Assembly: GCF_006345805.1 (NCBI RefSeq)
Contig: NC_043005.1
Span: 39,866,001-39,930,000 of the forward strand
Direction of reading: 5' to 3'
DNA from: Octopus sinensis
Taxonomy: Eukaryota
DNA length: 64,000 nucleotides
Made by a program: the position numbers and the translations under genes. The notes beneath the pieces were generated by a model. It made no database searches. It saw nothing but the letters and a program-made list of their open reading frames with translations, and was not told where the DNA came from. Numbering within the stretch: position 1 is the stretch's first letter; every line of letters begins with the position of its first letter. Positions 1 through 12,974 of this stretch are shown piece after piece.

Positions 1-24
1 CACACATTTTCCGCCTACTAGGAT

Positions 25-118
25 ATACTCACGGGGCTATAGTAGAAGACACGTGTCCCCAGGGTGCTGTGCTTTAGGACCGAACCTGAAACCACGTGGC
101 TCTTAGCCACATAGTCAT
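25..118 (-). mobile_element. tRNA-derived SINE family A, head fragment
   Basis: Decayed match to the head of the full copy at 55951-56355 (ctatagtagaagacac...gaacc...accacgtgg). Confidence 0.6.
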
Positions 119-169
119 GTTTATGCCTCCGGACAGTAAATTTTACAAGGTTGATAGATGCTAACAAAT

Positions 170-201
<32 letters not shown>

Positions 202-451
202 TAGTAGTAGTAGTAGTAGTAGTGGTGGTTGTGGTGCTGCTGCTGCCTCTGGCGGCAGTGGCGGTGGCGGTATTGTTCGAATGCTTTGCCGTGCATCACC
301 AAATTCTTACAAACAGATTTCCCTGCCTGAACAGCTCTGGATGTCGAAATAGAAATGTCGACGTCTTTATATTATATTTCAGCCTCACTGAATTCAACTG
401 AAAAGAATCTATCAGAAAATCGAATTTTCTCTACCACCACCGATATATACA

Positions 452-529
452 TACATACACACTTATATACGTGTATATATATATATATATATATATGAAA
501 TTATGTAAGTATGTCTGTATGTATGTATG

Positions 530-584
<55 letters not shown>

Positions 585-690
585 ATATATATATATATAT
601 ATATACATATATATACATATATATATACATATATATATACATATATATATACATATATATATACATATATATATATACATATATATATAG

Positions 691-760
<70 letters not shown>

Positions 761-1062
761 GTATGTATATATATATGTATATATATATATGTGTGTGTGT
801 ATATATATATATATATCCACACTCATAGATATATATATACACACACAAACACACATACATCTAAGTACTTATATATGTATATATATATATATATGTATAT
901 ATATGTGTGTATATATGTATATATATATATATCTATATATATATATATATATTATATATATAATATATATATATATTATATATATATTATATATATATAT
1001 GCGTGTGTATATGTATTTATATACATACCCATATATACGTGTATATAAGTATGTATGTGTAT
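452..1062. repeat. (TA)n/(TACA)n microsatellite tract
   Basis: Directly visible; explains the YIYI-type ORFs. Confidence 0.95.
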
Positions 1063-1639
1063 ATATGAATGAATGTATAGGCGAGTCGGCAGCATCGTTA
1101 GAACGCCCGTCGAACCATCGTGCAATATATATACCACCACTTTGCGTCCTATGATCAACTCTCGCCTACATGTAATTTACCATTCAACCTACCACGGTCA
1201 ATAAATTTACTATCAGTTCTATCGCAATGTACTAGTGGAATTGTGAGAACATCAAACAAGCAACTTTGTTGCATTTGGTCCCTCTCTTTGCTTCCTGAAT
1301 TCAAATCTTCCCATGACCTGCAGGAGTACAAAACTTAATTCATTGCCTGGTTCAACACCACCACCGAGCGTCTTGGATCTCTTCAAGGGATTTCACTCTG
1401 TTGCGATCATTTGAACCGGCTCCCTAGTTTGCAAATTCATCTCTCCCTCCAATCCGCCATTCTAGGAGGCCATATAATGAGTCATGCACAGTGCCTTTAC
1501 TCTTGGCGAAGAATGTGTGTGTGACTGTGTGTATATGTGTGAGTATGTGGTCTAGTGTAAGGACCTTGTACTGCCCATAGAAGTCATATTATCGATCTAA
1601 ATATTATTTCAAAGTTTGCAGAAGGCCAGCAATTTTAGG

Positions 1640-1795
1640 AGGAGAGGGTCTGCAGCGACAGCAGTACTTGACCTTTCTTTTATCGAGCCCAAAAGGATAA
1701 AAACAAATTCGACCTCGATGGAGTTTAAACTCAGAAAATAAAGGAATACCGCTAAGCATTTTGTTCGACACACTAACAATTCTGCAAGCTCATTA
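1640..1795 (-). mobile_element. SINE family B, decayed copy
   Basis: Matches the reverse complement of the family B body (tcgacctcg..ggaatttgaactcagaa..ccgctaagcattt). Confidence 0.6.
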
Positions 1796-2199
1796 CCAGC
1801 ACCAACAGTACCAGGATTACCACCAGCAACACCACCGGCACCGGAGATGTGGATGTGTTTGCTTGACACTTGGTGGAATTTTTATGAGATTCTAGATGAA
1901 CGTACATTAGATAAGAACCTCACATAAGTGCGGTGTTCTCCCCTTCACTGGTTCACCAGAACCAAACACAAAGGAAGGGCAGTAGAAGAAAAATGAAATA
2001 AACTAGTAATCACATCAGCAGCAGTACCCCTAGCATGGCCATAGCTTCGTGATGAAACAATAAAACAATACGAAAATAAAAGCTACAGACTTATACATAA
2101 ATACATACATACATACTTACATACATACATACATACATGCATGCATACATACATACATACATACATACATACATACATACATACATACATGCATATCTT

Positions 2200-2478
2200 T
2201 TTCGTTTCCCTCGTCAGTTATAATTCCCCAGGCTGCAACCCCCTTGATTATTATGTGTGGGACGCAGTTGAGCGAGAGACCACCAAAAAACCTTATAACA
2301 CCAAAGTAGAAGTGAAGGCAAGGATTATGGCAGCATTCACCAACTTAAACAAGAGAACCGTCCAGAAGAGTTGCAGGAAATTTCGAGGGCCGTGGTTGAA
2401 GCCAATGGCGATTTTATTGAATAAATTTACTCTTTAGTATTTCAAGATATCTTTACGTAAGCTTGATAAATACATCTG
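2200..2478 (+). mobile_element. Tc1/mariner-superfamily (maT/DD37D-like) transposase 3' fragment
   Basis: Translates SPGCNPLDYYVWDAVERET...AVVEANGDFIE*, the SPD(L)NPLDY.VW motif at the C-terminus; same family recurs at 21790-21975. Confidence 0.75.
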
Positions 2479-4400
2479 ATTTTCATCAAGGACTGAATCA
2501 CCTGATTTGTACTTCTTAAAGACTGTTAGAATCTTATTCATTTATTCACGGTTAATCTTTGCTACTGTCTCCTTTTTTGGAGCAAGAATTTGCCCTTTTA
2601 CACCACCATTTATGTGAATTATAATTATTACTTTTGGAAATACCCTGTTCTTCAATTCAGCTGGGGAATTCATCATGATAGCAATATGAGCCAAATTGAT
2701 ATCACCATTCCCATAAAATGGTAGTTTCCCATTTCCTAATTGGAGGAGTCAGGTTTAAAACTGTTCTGCACATTTGTCACCATGTAATAAAGCTCGCATG
2801 TTAGTATTGAAGGAGAATTTCTGTACTTTATTCCATAGGTGTGAAGACTTAATGCATGCTTTTATTTCATCAGATTTTGTTTGCCTCGAAATGACCGGTA
2901 ATGTCTGTCTGAAGTCTCCTGATAAAACTAATGTAACTCCTCCTATAGATTTATCGTTGACTCTTATGTCCTATAAGGTCTTATCAAGGGCTTCCATTGC
3001 ACCTCTATGTGACGTGGTGCATTCATCCCAAATGATCAGGTGACATTGACGCAACACTTCTGCTGAACCTGAACCTTTGCCTATGTTACAAATTGGAATG
3101 TCATTTGTGACCAGATTTAGTGGTAATTTAAAAGCAGAATGAACTGTTCGTCCTCCTGGGAGGAGGGTGGTAGCAATGCCAGACGATGCAACAGCAACTG
3201 CAATTCTTTTTCGTTGCCTTACGTTGGAGAGAAGCAATGTTATTATAAATGTTTTACCTGTGTCACCAGGAGCATCAAGAAAGAAAATTCCTCCACTTTT
3301 TTCTCTGACTGACGAAATAATTTTATCATATGCACAGCGTTGTTCTGGAAGAAGTTTAGGTCCATGTTCATTTACAAATGCAGCCAACTCTGTTGTGTCT
3401 TGAAGTTAACTTCAAGAATGATTTAATTTCTCTTGAAGTTAAATCACTCATTTAATGGTTTGTTTTTGACAGTCCAGAGCCAGACTCTTGCAAAGTTTTG
3501 CCTCTCATAGCCAAAACTTGATCCTCAATTTACATCAGTGCTTTGGTAAAAATTGTTTCATAGAACTGAATATTGATATCTGGGTTTGCCTGTTGAACTG
3601 CACATTTTAAGTTCTCAGTCATGTTCTGACGATGTCTCATCCAAGGCTATAGGGACTGCCAAGTTGACACATGTTCAGTATAATTGCAAAAAGGTTACGG
3701 ACTTTCCTTGGAGAATCAGATAATGATGCTTCAGTCAATGCAAGGTCCCAATGCTCATCATTTTCTGATAAACCTTATTAATAGCATGCTTCCCTATAAG
3801 TTTCACACACATGACCATTTACCCTCCTCGAATCTTGGAAATTTTGGGGACCACGTACTTCATGAAAAAGTAGCCGTAAGTAGTAGCATTCTGCTTGGCT
3901 TGGATGGACACTGTAAACTCTTGCAGGAACGTCAGCCCCACGTTTCCTCTTGTGCTATTTATTGTTTCTCCAGTTGTAATACTTGGGTAATAGTTTTCTT
4001 GCTTCTTCATCTACCTGACACAACTTTAAAATGGCAGTAAGGGGAGTTTCTTTTAGAGAAAGTGCTTGTTGCAAGGTTGTTTGTTTTGTAAAGATAACCC
4101 TGTGGCCATTCTTTAGATGGACACTTAGATGAATGATGGCTGGGAGCCTCTCATGAACGAGAAAATTAAAGATGCACCAAAAAGTCTCATTGATACTGAT
4201 GTATCTTTCTCTGTCATACTGTTCATCTTCGTCATTTTTATTTATCTGCTAACTGTAATTCTGCGTAAGAGTGTATGTTGCGGCAGCTAAACCTTTGTTT
4301 ATATATTTGCAAACATACCTAAATGAGTCGCAAATGAAAACGGAAAATTTCGCCGTTACTACCTCAATACCGGAATTTGACATTGAGAAAACTTTTTAAA
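2478..4400 (-). mobile_element. Decayed Helitron Rep/helicase coding region (Rep C-terminus plus Pif1-like helicase)
   Basis: ORF 2971-3387 has FFLDAPGDTGKTF (Walker A), AVASSGIA, GGRTVHSAFKLP, LIIWDE; downstream LSGDFRQTLPV and ILAPKK; upstream YVCKYINKG, RYISINETFW..F..HER and ECYYLRLLFHEVRGP. Many stops and frameshifts. Confidence 0.92.
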
Positions 4401-4641
4401 GAAGTGAATTATATATAATAGAGCAATATTATTTATTTTTAATGAGAAAAATAAACTGAAGACCCTATTATGTATCCGAGGTCAAATTATTCATGCACTT
4501 CGAGCAGCCGTTTTCGCATGAAAATTCTTTATGTGAATTCGTGTGTTGAAACAAATTGAGCCGGTAAGTGTGTTAGATATATGTATGAGCAAAAGAAGTT
4601 TTCACAAATGTAGTAATAGTTTAACGTTTATGAGAAAAAGA

Positions 4642-4685
4642 TTTTCGACGTTTCGGGCGCTAGTGTTTCACCTTCACTAGAAAAA
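4642..4685 (-). ncRNA. Degenerate minimal hammerhead ribozyme motif
   Basis: Minus strand: UUUU-CUAGUGA-A-GGUG(aaacacuag)CGCC-C-GAAAC-GUC-GAAAA. Stems and GAAACGUC intact; core CUGAUGA scrambled to CUAGUGA. Confidence 0.5.
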
Positions 4686-4766
4686 GATGAGAATGGAAGA
4701 TGTAACAAGAAAAGTTTGTTAAAGAGTTGGGTTGAAAAAGTATGACCCTGTTAGTTAGGAATATAT

Positions 4767-4847
<81 letters not shown>

Positions 4848-4850
4848 ATA

Positions 4851-5709
4851 TATATATACGTGTGTGTGTTGGTGTGTGTGTGTGTGTATACATGCATACA
4901 TACATCAACGATATAGGAATGGAATGTTAAACAGGACACTGACTGATAACTGGCAATGTATATTGCATCAAAGCACACTGCGGAGTATATACATAATCAT
5001 ATGTTTGTATGTATGCCTTGAACATATCTAAGTATATATATATATATATAAAAAATGGTGGTGGTGGTGGTGACAGTACTATTAGCGTTGATGTTGGTAT
5101 CGGAGGCGCTAGTGGTGCTGGTTGTGATATTAAGTGCAGTACAAACGAGAAGGACAGATACATTATATCGATATGCTATATCATACGATAAATTTTGCTA
5201 AGATGGTTTAAATATATATTTTTTTGTTCATTTTCGTTTACATTGTTTTGTATTAATGTTTTATTTATTTAAATATTTGTTTATTTATTTGTGCACTAAA
5301 GCGAAGTTTTCAAATTTTTTTTTAGGTTTTTTTCTTCTTTTTATGATGTTGTCCATTTTATTTTCGCTTTGGATGGTTTCATTTCTTCTATGGTCTGTTT
5401 TATGCGTAAACATTTCGCCAGCTTAGTAATCGTTTAAACAGATATATCGAGATGTGGGCCAGTTATGTCGGACAGTTATAACTGTTTTGTACTATGATGT
5501 GTGCGTACGTTTGTGTGCGTTTGTGTTTGTGTCTGTGTTTGTCTCTGTGTCCGCGTGTCTGTGCCTGTGTGTCTGTGTTTGCGTGTTTGCGTGTATGTGT
5601 GTGCGTGCGTCTGAAAGCTTACAGATACATTATACGCGTTCTAGATAGATAGATATATAGATAGATAGATAAACGTATTATATACATATACACATATTTG
5701 CGTATGTAT

Positions 5710-5753
<44 letters not shown>

Positions 5754-5984
5754 TATATATATATATATATCTATATATATATATATATATTATATATATA
5801 TATATATACGTGTGTGTGTTGGTGTGTGTGTGTGTGTGTATACATGCATACATACATCAACGATATAGGAATGGAATGTTAAACAGGACACTGACTGATA
5901 ACTGGCAATGTATATTGCATCAAAGCACACTGCGGAGTATATACATAATCATATGTTTGTATGTATGCCTTGAACATATCTAAG

Positions 5985-6017
<33 letters not shown>

Positions 6018-6678
6018 GTGGTGGTGGTGGTGGCAGTACTATTAGCGTTGATGTTGGTATCGGAGGCGCTAGTGGTGCTGGTTGTGATAGTAAGTGCAGT
6101 ACAAACGAGAAGGACAGATACATTATATCGATATGCTATATCATACGATAAATTTTGCTAAGATGGTTTAAATATATATTTTTTTGTTCATTTTCGTTTA
6201 CATTGTTTTGTATTAATGTTTTATTTATTTAAATATTTGTTTATTTATTTGTGCACTAAAGCGAAGTTTTCAAATTTTTTTTTAGGTTTTTTCTTCTTTT
6301 TATGATGTTGTCCATTTTATTTTCGCTTTGGATGGTTTCATTTCTTTCTATGGTCTGTTTTATGCGTAAACATTTCGCCAGCTTAGTAATCGTTTAAACA
6401 GATATATCGAGATGTGGGCCAGTTATGTCGGACAGTTATAACTGTTTTGTACTATGATGTGTGCGTACGTTTGTGTGCGTTTGTGTTTGTGTCTGTGTTT
6501 GTCTCTGTGTCCGCGTGTCTGTGCCTGTGTGTCTGTGTTTGCGTGTTTGCGTGTATGTGTGTGCGTGCGTCTGAAAGCTTACAGATACATTATACGCGTT
6601 CTAGATAGATAGATATATAGATAGATAGATAAACGTATTATATACATATACACATATTTGCGTATGTATACGCACACA

Positions 6679-6720
<42 letters not shown>
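4851..6720. repeat. Tandem duplication, unit about 950-960 bp, two near-identical copies
   Basis: 4851-5743 repeats at 5801-6720 (e.g. ctagatagat at 5641 and 6601); few substitutions and homopolymer-length differences. Confidence 0.93.
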
Positions 6721-6757
<37 letters not shown>

Positions 6758-6838
6758 CCTGCATATCTTCATCTTTGTTGTATGTGTGTATGGGGGTGCG
6801 GGTGCGTGCGTGTGCGCGGGCGGGCGTGTATGTGTGTG

Positions 6839-6915
<77 letters not shown>

Positions 6916-7029
6916 ATGCGCACGTATGTATGTCGACGAAAGGAATCGATAAAGTGATTTGTTGGCAAACGACCTAAATATGCCAAACATACTTCCAGAA
7001 ATGGAATTTAAAGATGAACCTTAGGGAGC

Positions 7030-8080
7030 TAGTGGTGGCGGTGGTGGTGGTGATGGTGGCGGTGGTGGTGGTGGCGTCGGCGGCGGTGGCAGCGAGGGTG
7101 GTAGAGTTGGCGGTTGTGGCGATGGTGGTGGTGGTGGTGGTGGTGGTGGTGGTGGTGCCTATGGTGGTGGTGGTGGCGGCGGCGGCGGCAGCGATGGTGG
7201 TGGCGATGGTGGTGACGGTGGTGGTTGTGGTGGTGGTGGTGGTGGTGGCGTCGGCGGCGGTGGCAGCGATGGTGGTAGAGGTGGCGGTGGTGGTGATGGT
7301 GGTGGTGGTGGTGGTGGTAGTGGCTATGGTGGTGGTGGTGGTGGTGGTGGTGGTGGTGATGGTGGTGGTGGTAGTGGTGGTGGTTGTGGTGGTGGTGGTG
7401 GTGGTTGTGGTGGTAGTGGTGTTGGTGGTGGTGGTCGTGGTGGTCGTGGTGGTGGTGGTCGTCGTCGTCTTGATGGTGGTGATTAAGAGGTTAGAAGTGA
7501 TGGTCATGGTTAAGGCCGCACTGGTGCTGATGGAGGTGGTAGTGGTGGAAGTTGTGCTACTACTACTACTACTCCTGCTACTACTAGTAGCAGGTGTAGT
7601 AGTAGTAGTAATAATAATAATTGTGGTAGTGATGGTAATAATGGTGGTAGTAGTAGTGGGAGCGTGCTGCTGCTGCTTTTATTGGTCGTAGTATTGGCTA
7701 TGATGATGATACTTATTAAGGTGGTGGCGGTAAAAGTTGCGGTAGTATTGACGGTGATATTCGATGTTATAGTGCGTGTGGTGTTGGCGGTGGTGGTGGA
7801 GGGGGAGTTGTTACAACTATTGTCGTTGGTTGTAGTGATGCTTATGCTGGTTGTTGTTGTTGTTGTGGTGGTGGTGGTGGTGGTGGTGGTGGTGCTTGTG
7901 GTGGTGCTGGTGGTGGTGCTGGTGGTTGTGCTGGTGGTGCTGGTAGTGGTTGTGCTGGTGGTGTTGATGGTGGTGGTGGTGGTGGTGGTGGTTGTGGTGG
8001 TGGTAGTGGTGGTGGTGCAGGTGAAGCTAGCACTGGTACTGGTACTGGTACTGGTGGTGTTGGTGCTGGTGATGCTGGCA
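7030..8080. repeat. (GGT)n/(GTA)n low-complexity tract
   Basis: Directly visible; source of the poly-Val and poly-Thr ORFs. Confidence 0.9.
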
Positions 8081-8260
8081 GAATCGTTAACGCGTTGAAC
8101 AAAATGCTTAGCGGCATTTCTTTACGTTCTGAGTTCAAATTTCATCAAGGTTGACTGTGCTTTTATTCCATAGGGGTCGATAAAAGAAAGGTAGTAAACA
8201 AGTATTGGTGTTGCTGTAATCCCTCTCCCTCTAAAACTGAGCGATAATATAGCTATTTCC
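8075..8260 (+). mobile_element. SINE family B copy
   Basis: ctggcagaatcgttaacgcg...gttctgagttcaaatt...ggggtcgataaa matches family B. Confidence 0.7.
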
Positions 8261-8969
8261 TTAGAATAATAGGCGATATGAAAATGGTTGGTTGATTGGT
8301 GTGTTGGATCGTTCTACAGTAACACTTTACATCGTATTGAGAGGGGTGAGAAAGAATAAAAGAGAGGTAGAAGGAAGAAGATACCCTCAAACTTGGCCCG
8401 AATGTTTGCAACAGCATGAACTTCGTTAAAAGTACCCAATATGTCGAGTGACGGTGTTAAATCGCGAGAGGGATTATGTCAACTACCCACGTCAGCTCTG
8501 ATAGGATTTGAAGTCAGTATATTGAAATAAAAACCGTACATCATCAGGACCAATGTTCCAGCAGTTTCATCAAACCACAGCCCTGAATTGGTACTTTTTA
8601 TCAACTCCAAAAGAATGACAAAGCAAAATGATCCTTCGTAAGATTTGAATTCAGAGAATATAAAACCTGAACAAATACCACGAGTGATGAGTCCGACCAT
8701 CTAACGACCCTACCCATTCGCTTGGTTGACATGATATAAATAGAAAAAAAGTGATAAGACTTTTAAGGCCGGAAATTTGGTGGTGAGGAGGTTAGTCGAA
8801 GAAATCGACCCTAATACTTGACTGGTATTTGATATCATCAACCCCGGGAGGATAAAAGGAAGAGTTAGTCTCGATGGGAATCGAACTCAGAGCATAAAGG
8901 TCTTATTTAAATGCAGCAAGATATTTTGTCCGACTTTCTGGCGAATCTGCACCCGCAGCCTTCTATGTA

Positions 8970-9025
<56 letters not shown>

Positions 9026-9129
9026 ATAATAATAATAATAATAATAATAATATAATAATAATAATAATAATGAAGGTGCCCCAGGTATGTGTTATTGTAG
9101 GTGAACTAGGTATGTATTATTATAGGTAT

Positions 9130-9463
9130 GTGAATTACAAAAGATGTGGCGTCTTGAAGCGAGAACCCTTCCAGTTGTTGTAGGCGTCCTAAGTATGATA
9201 AAAAAAGGAATGTCAGAAACATCTAGATAAGAACCCAGGAGAATAATGTCTCAGAGAAATCCAAAAGATTGTACTCATAAGTACTGCCCACATCCTTAAA
9301 AAAACGGTATCCATTTAAACGTCAGCGTTGTATTACATGAAGATATTTCGCTACTTCCCCTCCCAAAGCTTTCAGTCATAATATAACATCTCTTGTCCTT
9401 CACTCGCTCCAGGATGCTGGGTGTCTCCGCAAATGACTGTAACAAACATGCAGATCAAATGTA

Positions 9464-9464
<1 letters not shown>
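9130..9464 (+). mobile_element. 5'-truncated RLE-type LINE (R4/Dong-like) 3' end
   Basis: Translates ..KMWRLEARTLPVVVG..MIKK..QKHLDK.PG..LREIQKIVLISTAHILKK, followed by a 3' UTR ending in (TAA)n; (TAA)n lies about 60 bp upstream. Confidence 0.75.
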
Positions 9465-9518
<54 letters not shown>

Positions 9519-9544
9519 GTAAAAAAGAATATATAACACACAAG

Positions 9545-10225
9545 TGCAACGGACCTCTGTAGAACGTGTAGGAAGAGGGTCGAAAGCGTGACTCACGTTG
9601 TTAGTGCTTGTAAAAGTCTTCCGCAGAAAAAATACTGACGTAGACACGACAAGCTAGCCCAAAACCGCCACTGGCTACTATGCAGTAAGTATGGATATGA
9701 GGTTAAGGGTGCTTGGTATCAACATACACCGGAAAAGGTAATGGACGAAAAGAGGAAGGCAAAAGTCCTCTGAGATTTTGACTTCAAGACAGACAAGGTG
9801 CAAAAACACCGAAGGTCGGATATAGTAACCTTTAGTGGGGACAAACAAGAGTGCCTAATAATTGACGTGAGTACCAGATCAACATCATCATGAAAGAAAG
9901 AGAAAAGATTGATAAATATGGAGACCTGAGAAGTGAGATCGCTAAGATGTGGCGGCTACTAGAGTCAAACATAAAGGTTATGCCCATTGTCATAGGAGCA
10001 TTGTGTTCAATACCACCCAATTTGAAAAAAATATCTGTTACCCTTAGAAATGCCCTACGATCTAGATGTATTGCAAGAGTTGTCATTACTTGAAACTGCA
10101 TGCATATTGTGTAAAACACTGTCTGAGGTCCTTGCTGTGACTTGACAGACAGTACAAACCCCCGGTAGACACAATATCTTTAAATAAATAACCTTATGAT
10201 ATTGTACACTGTGCGATGTCTATAG
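9545..10225 (+). mobile_element. 5'-truncated RLE-type LINE (R4/Dong-like): CCHC knuckle plus restriction-like endonuclease
   Basis: CRTCRKRVESVTHVVSAC...RRHDK, KVL*DFDFKTDK...RRSDIV...IID, KEREKIDKYGDLRSEIAKMW, PIVIGAL; ends at a short (TAA)n run. Confidence 0.85.
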
Positions 10226-10329
10226 TAATAATAATAATACCTTAGACATTATTGTCTCGAGTTCGAATTCACAGTGCCAGTTACCCATTTTCCATGGCAT
10301 ATAAGTGGCTAAGACCACAACATTAACTC

Positions 10330-10500
10330 CTGAACGGGACGCCATTCCGTCTCAGGGTTACTCATTTACAGCTGAGCGGAGTGTAGCAATGTAAAATGAA
10401 GTGCTTTGCTGCAGAACACAACGCACCTCTTGACTCAGGAATCGAAACCGCTTTCTATTGATCGTGAATGCAACACCCCTAACCACTAGACCGCGCACCG
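10330..10500 (-). mobile_element. tRNA-derived SINE family F, decayed
   Basis: tttacagctgag..gagtgtagcaatgtaaaatgaagtg...acacaacgc...gaatcgaaacc...ccctaaccactagacc; related copies at 22500-22630 and 25330-25480. Confidence 0.6.
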
Positions 10501-11184
10501 ACACTATGATACATCACGCTACTGTAAAATTAAAATTCTTTCTAAAGATCCTGGCTCATAGATTCTCCCCTGGAATAAGCGAGAAGCTGTTTTAATATCC
10601 ACTCCTGCAACAGTAAGTCTGTTATCGTTCACGCAGCTGTTTTAATGTTCTGTGAATAAATCTTATCAGTTTTATTCTGGCAAATTGCTCCGTAGTTCTG
10701 TTGATATGTGGATCTTGAGAAATAGGCCAGTAATTTATTTTTCCTTGTTTTCTTTTTGTTCTTTTTTTTTTTCAAATCCCCTCGCTTCATCTCTTATGCA
10801 TATCAGTTATTATGCACTCTTTGGGGATCTTTGGAAGATAGCTGTTGCATAAGAAACTTAGACGGCATTTGCAAATGAATTGTCTAAAATATGTATGCAT
10901 ATCTTGAAGAGTCCCCGGGGAAACATTTACAATATTTTATCTATCTTTTTTTATAGATGATATAAAATCTGTTTCTGCCATTCTTTTCTATTGTCAATTT
11001 GCGATCGTCTATTTTGTGTGTCTTCTGTATGTTAATGGAGTTGCTTAAAATGCTGTTGTATCATGGTGTGTTCAGTGTTTCGGACGCCACCTCTGAACTC
11101 GTGATCAAGAATAATTGAACAGTTTAACTGCGGGATCAAGCTGTTACTTATATTTTTCATTCAGCTTCTTTCTCGTAGAATAAT

Positions 11185-11880
11185 ATATGTTTTATTATAT
11201 TGCAACAAACAAGGCGGCGAGCAAGTAGAATCGTTGGCGCATCAGACGAAATGCTCAACGGCATTTCTTCCAATTCCTTACGTTCTCAGCTCAAATCCCA
11301 TAGAGGTCAGCTTAAGCTTTCAACTTTTCAGGTCGATGAAATAGAGTATTATTCAAGTACTAGGGTTGATGTAATTGTCTTGTCCCTTACCCTCAAAATA
11401 GCTAGCCTTGTGCCAAAAGTTAAAGAATTATTATTAAGGCAATGAACTGATGGAAGCATTAGCGCGTCAGACAAAGTACATGGTGGTAGTTCTTCCAACT
11501 GAGCTCAAATCTCGTCGAGGTCAACTTTACGTTTCATTCATTCGGGGTTGATAAAATAAGGTACCAGTCAAATACTGGGATCGATGTAATCGAATTATCA
11601 CTTCCCCCAAAAAACTACAGGTCTTGTGCCAACATTTGAAACAAAAACAAAAAAGACGGTGATCTGGCAGAATCGTTAGCACATGGGATAAAATACAAAT
11701 ACTGAGGGGCATTTCTTCTGACTCAACGTTTCTGAGCTCAAACCCTGGTGAGGTAAACTTTGCCTTTCATCCTTTCTCGGTCGATAAAATAAAGTACCAG
11801 CCAAGATTGATGTAATCGACTTGTCCTCACCTATTAAAGGTCACCACCTTTAATGGTAACCTTGTACCAAAATTAGAAAG
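11185..11880 (+). mobile_element. Cluster of three consecutive decayed SINE family B copies
   Basis: Three successive heads and bodies at about 11210, 11450 and 11660, each with gagctcaaa...gataaaata..gtac..gatgtaat..cttgtgcca. Confidence 0.65.
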
Positions 11881-12098
11881 AATTATATTGCAATATTGCA
11901 ACGAGCATTATGCTTGAAGTCTAATTTTAACTGTTCCAGAAATTTCTGAAAGTTAGACCACATTTTCTTTATTTTACTTTCAGTGTTAAACCCTAATTTA
12001 TCTTTCAGAATAATATAACCGAGGCTGTTTTAATGTTTTGCTTTGGGTTTTGCTGCATTTCTCTATTTACTTTTATTTATTTCTAGAGACATTAAACA

Positions 12099-12365
12099 TA
12101 TATTAGTTTGTCAGATAAATTCGTTCGTTTTTCTTTTGGGGTGGGTTTTGTTTCGTTTTTCTGCATGGAACTCCATAATCATATGACTGAAAAAAAGTAA
12201 AATTTATTCAAATTTCAAAACGATAAACACAAAATGTAGAGGAAGAACAGAGCTTGCGAAAAAAAAAACACTACGATAAAAATATTTTCTTAATACTTCA
12301 AATAACAGGTATTAGAGTAAATGCTAAAAAAAAAACGAATGAATTTATCTGACAACCCACTATAT
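12099..12365. mobile_element. Putative MITE with about 30-bp terminal inverted repeats
   Basis: ttgtcagataaattcgttcgttttt (about 12108-12132) is the inverse of aaaaacgaatgaatttatctgacaa (12331-12355); no coding capacity. Confidence 0.5.
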
Positions 12366-12852
12366 CGTATACAGCTGATATATATTTGTTAAAGTTTACG
12401 TTGTTGTCAATGTCCTTCGTGGGGTTTTTAAAGAAACTAGAAGCTCATTAGTGTTATTGTGTTATTGAAATAGTCGGTGAATAAGTTTAAGCTTGAAGAA
12501 TATTGATCAACATGTTTCTCTTGAGCAATTCATTATCGATACTACAGCGTTGCGATCTGAGAGAATTGCATGTGTTTCATTGTTAAGGAGAAAGAATCAG
12601 ACTTCTTACATAAAATTGTGAAATAAGTGAGGAAATGGGAAAAAAAAAATTACTTTTGGCGATGTGTTCGGTCTTTCTGTGGGAGAACGATGTTATCTGG
12701 CCATTTTTATATCTGGGGTCACTTCTGTCGTCAACTGAAAGTATTTCATTTAGTGTTTTTGTTTAGATCCAGATCGCCCCCTGACTGAGTATAAATATAC
12801 ACACACTTATACACTCATATATATGCATATATACTTAGGCACATAAATACGC

Positions 12853-12884
<32 letters not shown>

Positions 12885-12929
12885 GCGCAAGTATTTGCAT
12901 AAGTATATATGCATACACACACACTTATG

Positions 12930-12971
<42 letters not shown>

Positions 12972-12974
12972 ATA

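Noticed and set aside
431-1154. Long ORFs of [12 protein letters not shown] type here and throughout the window
   Set aside because: Translations of (TA)n, (CA)n and (TACA)n microsatellites, which lack stops in some frames; no coding signal.
6974-8138. Mucin-like poly-Thr, poly-Val and poly-Pro ORFs (also 18131-18602)
   Set aside because: Products of (GGT)n tracts; open in several frames on both strands, with no splice or domain evidence.
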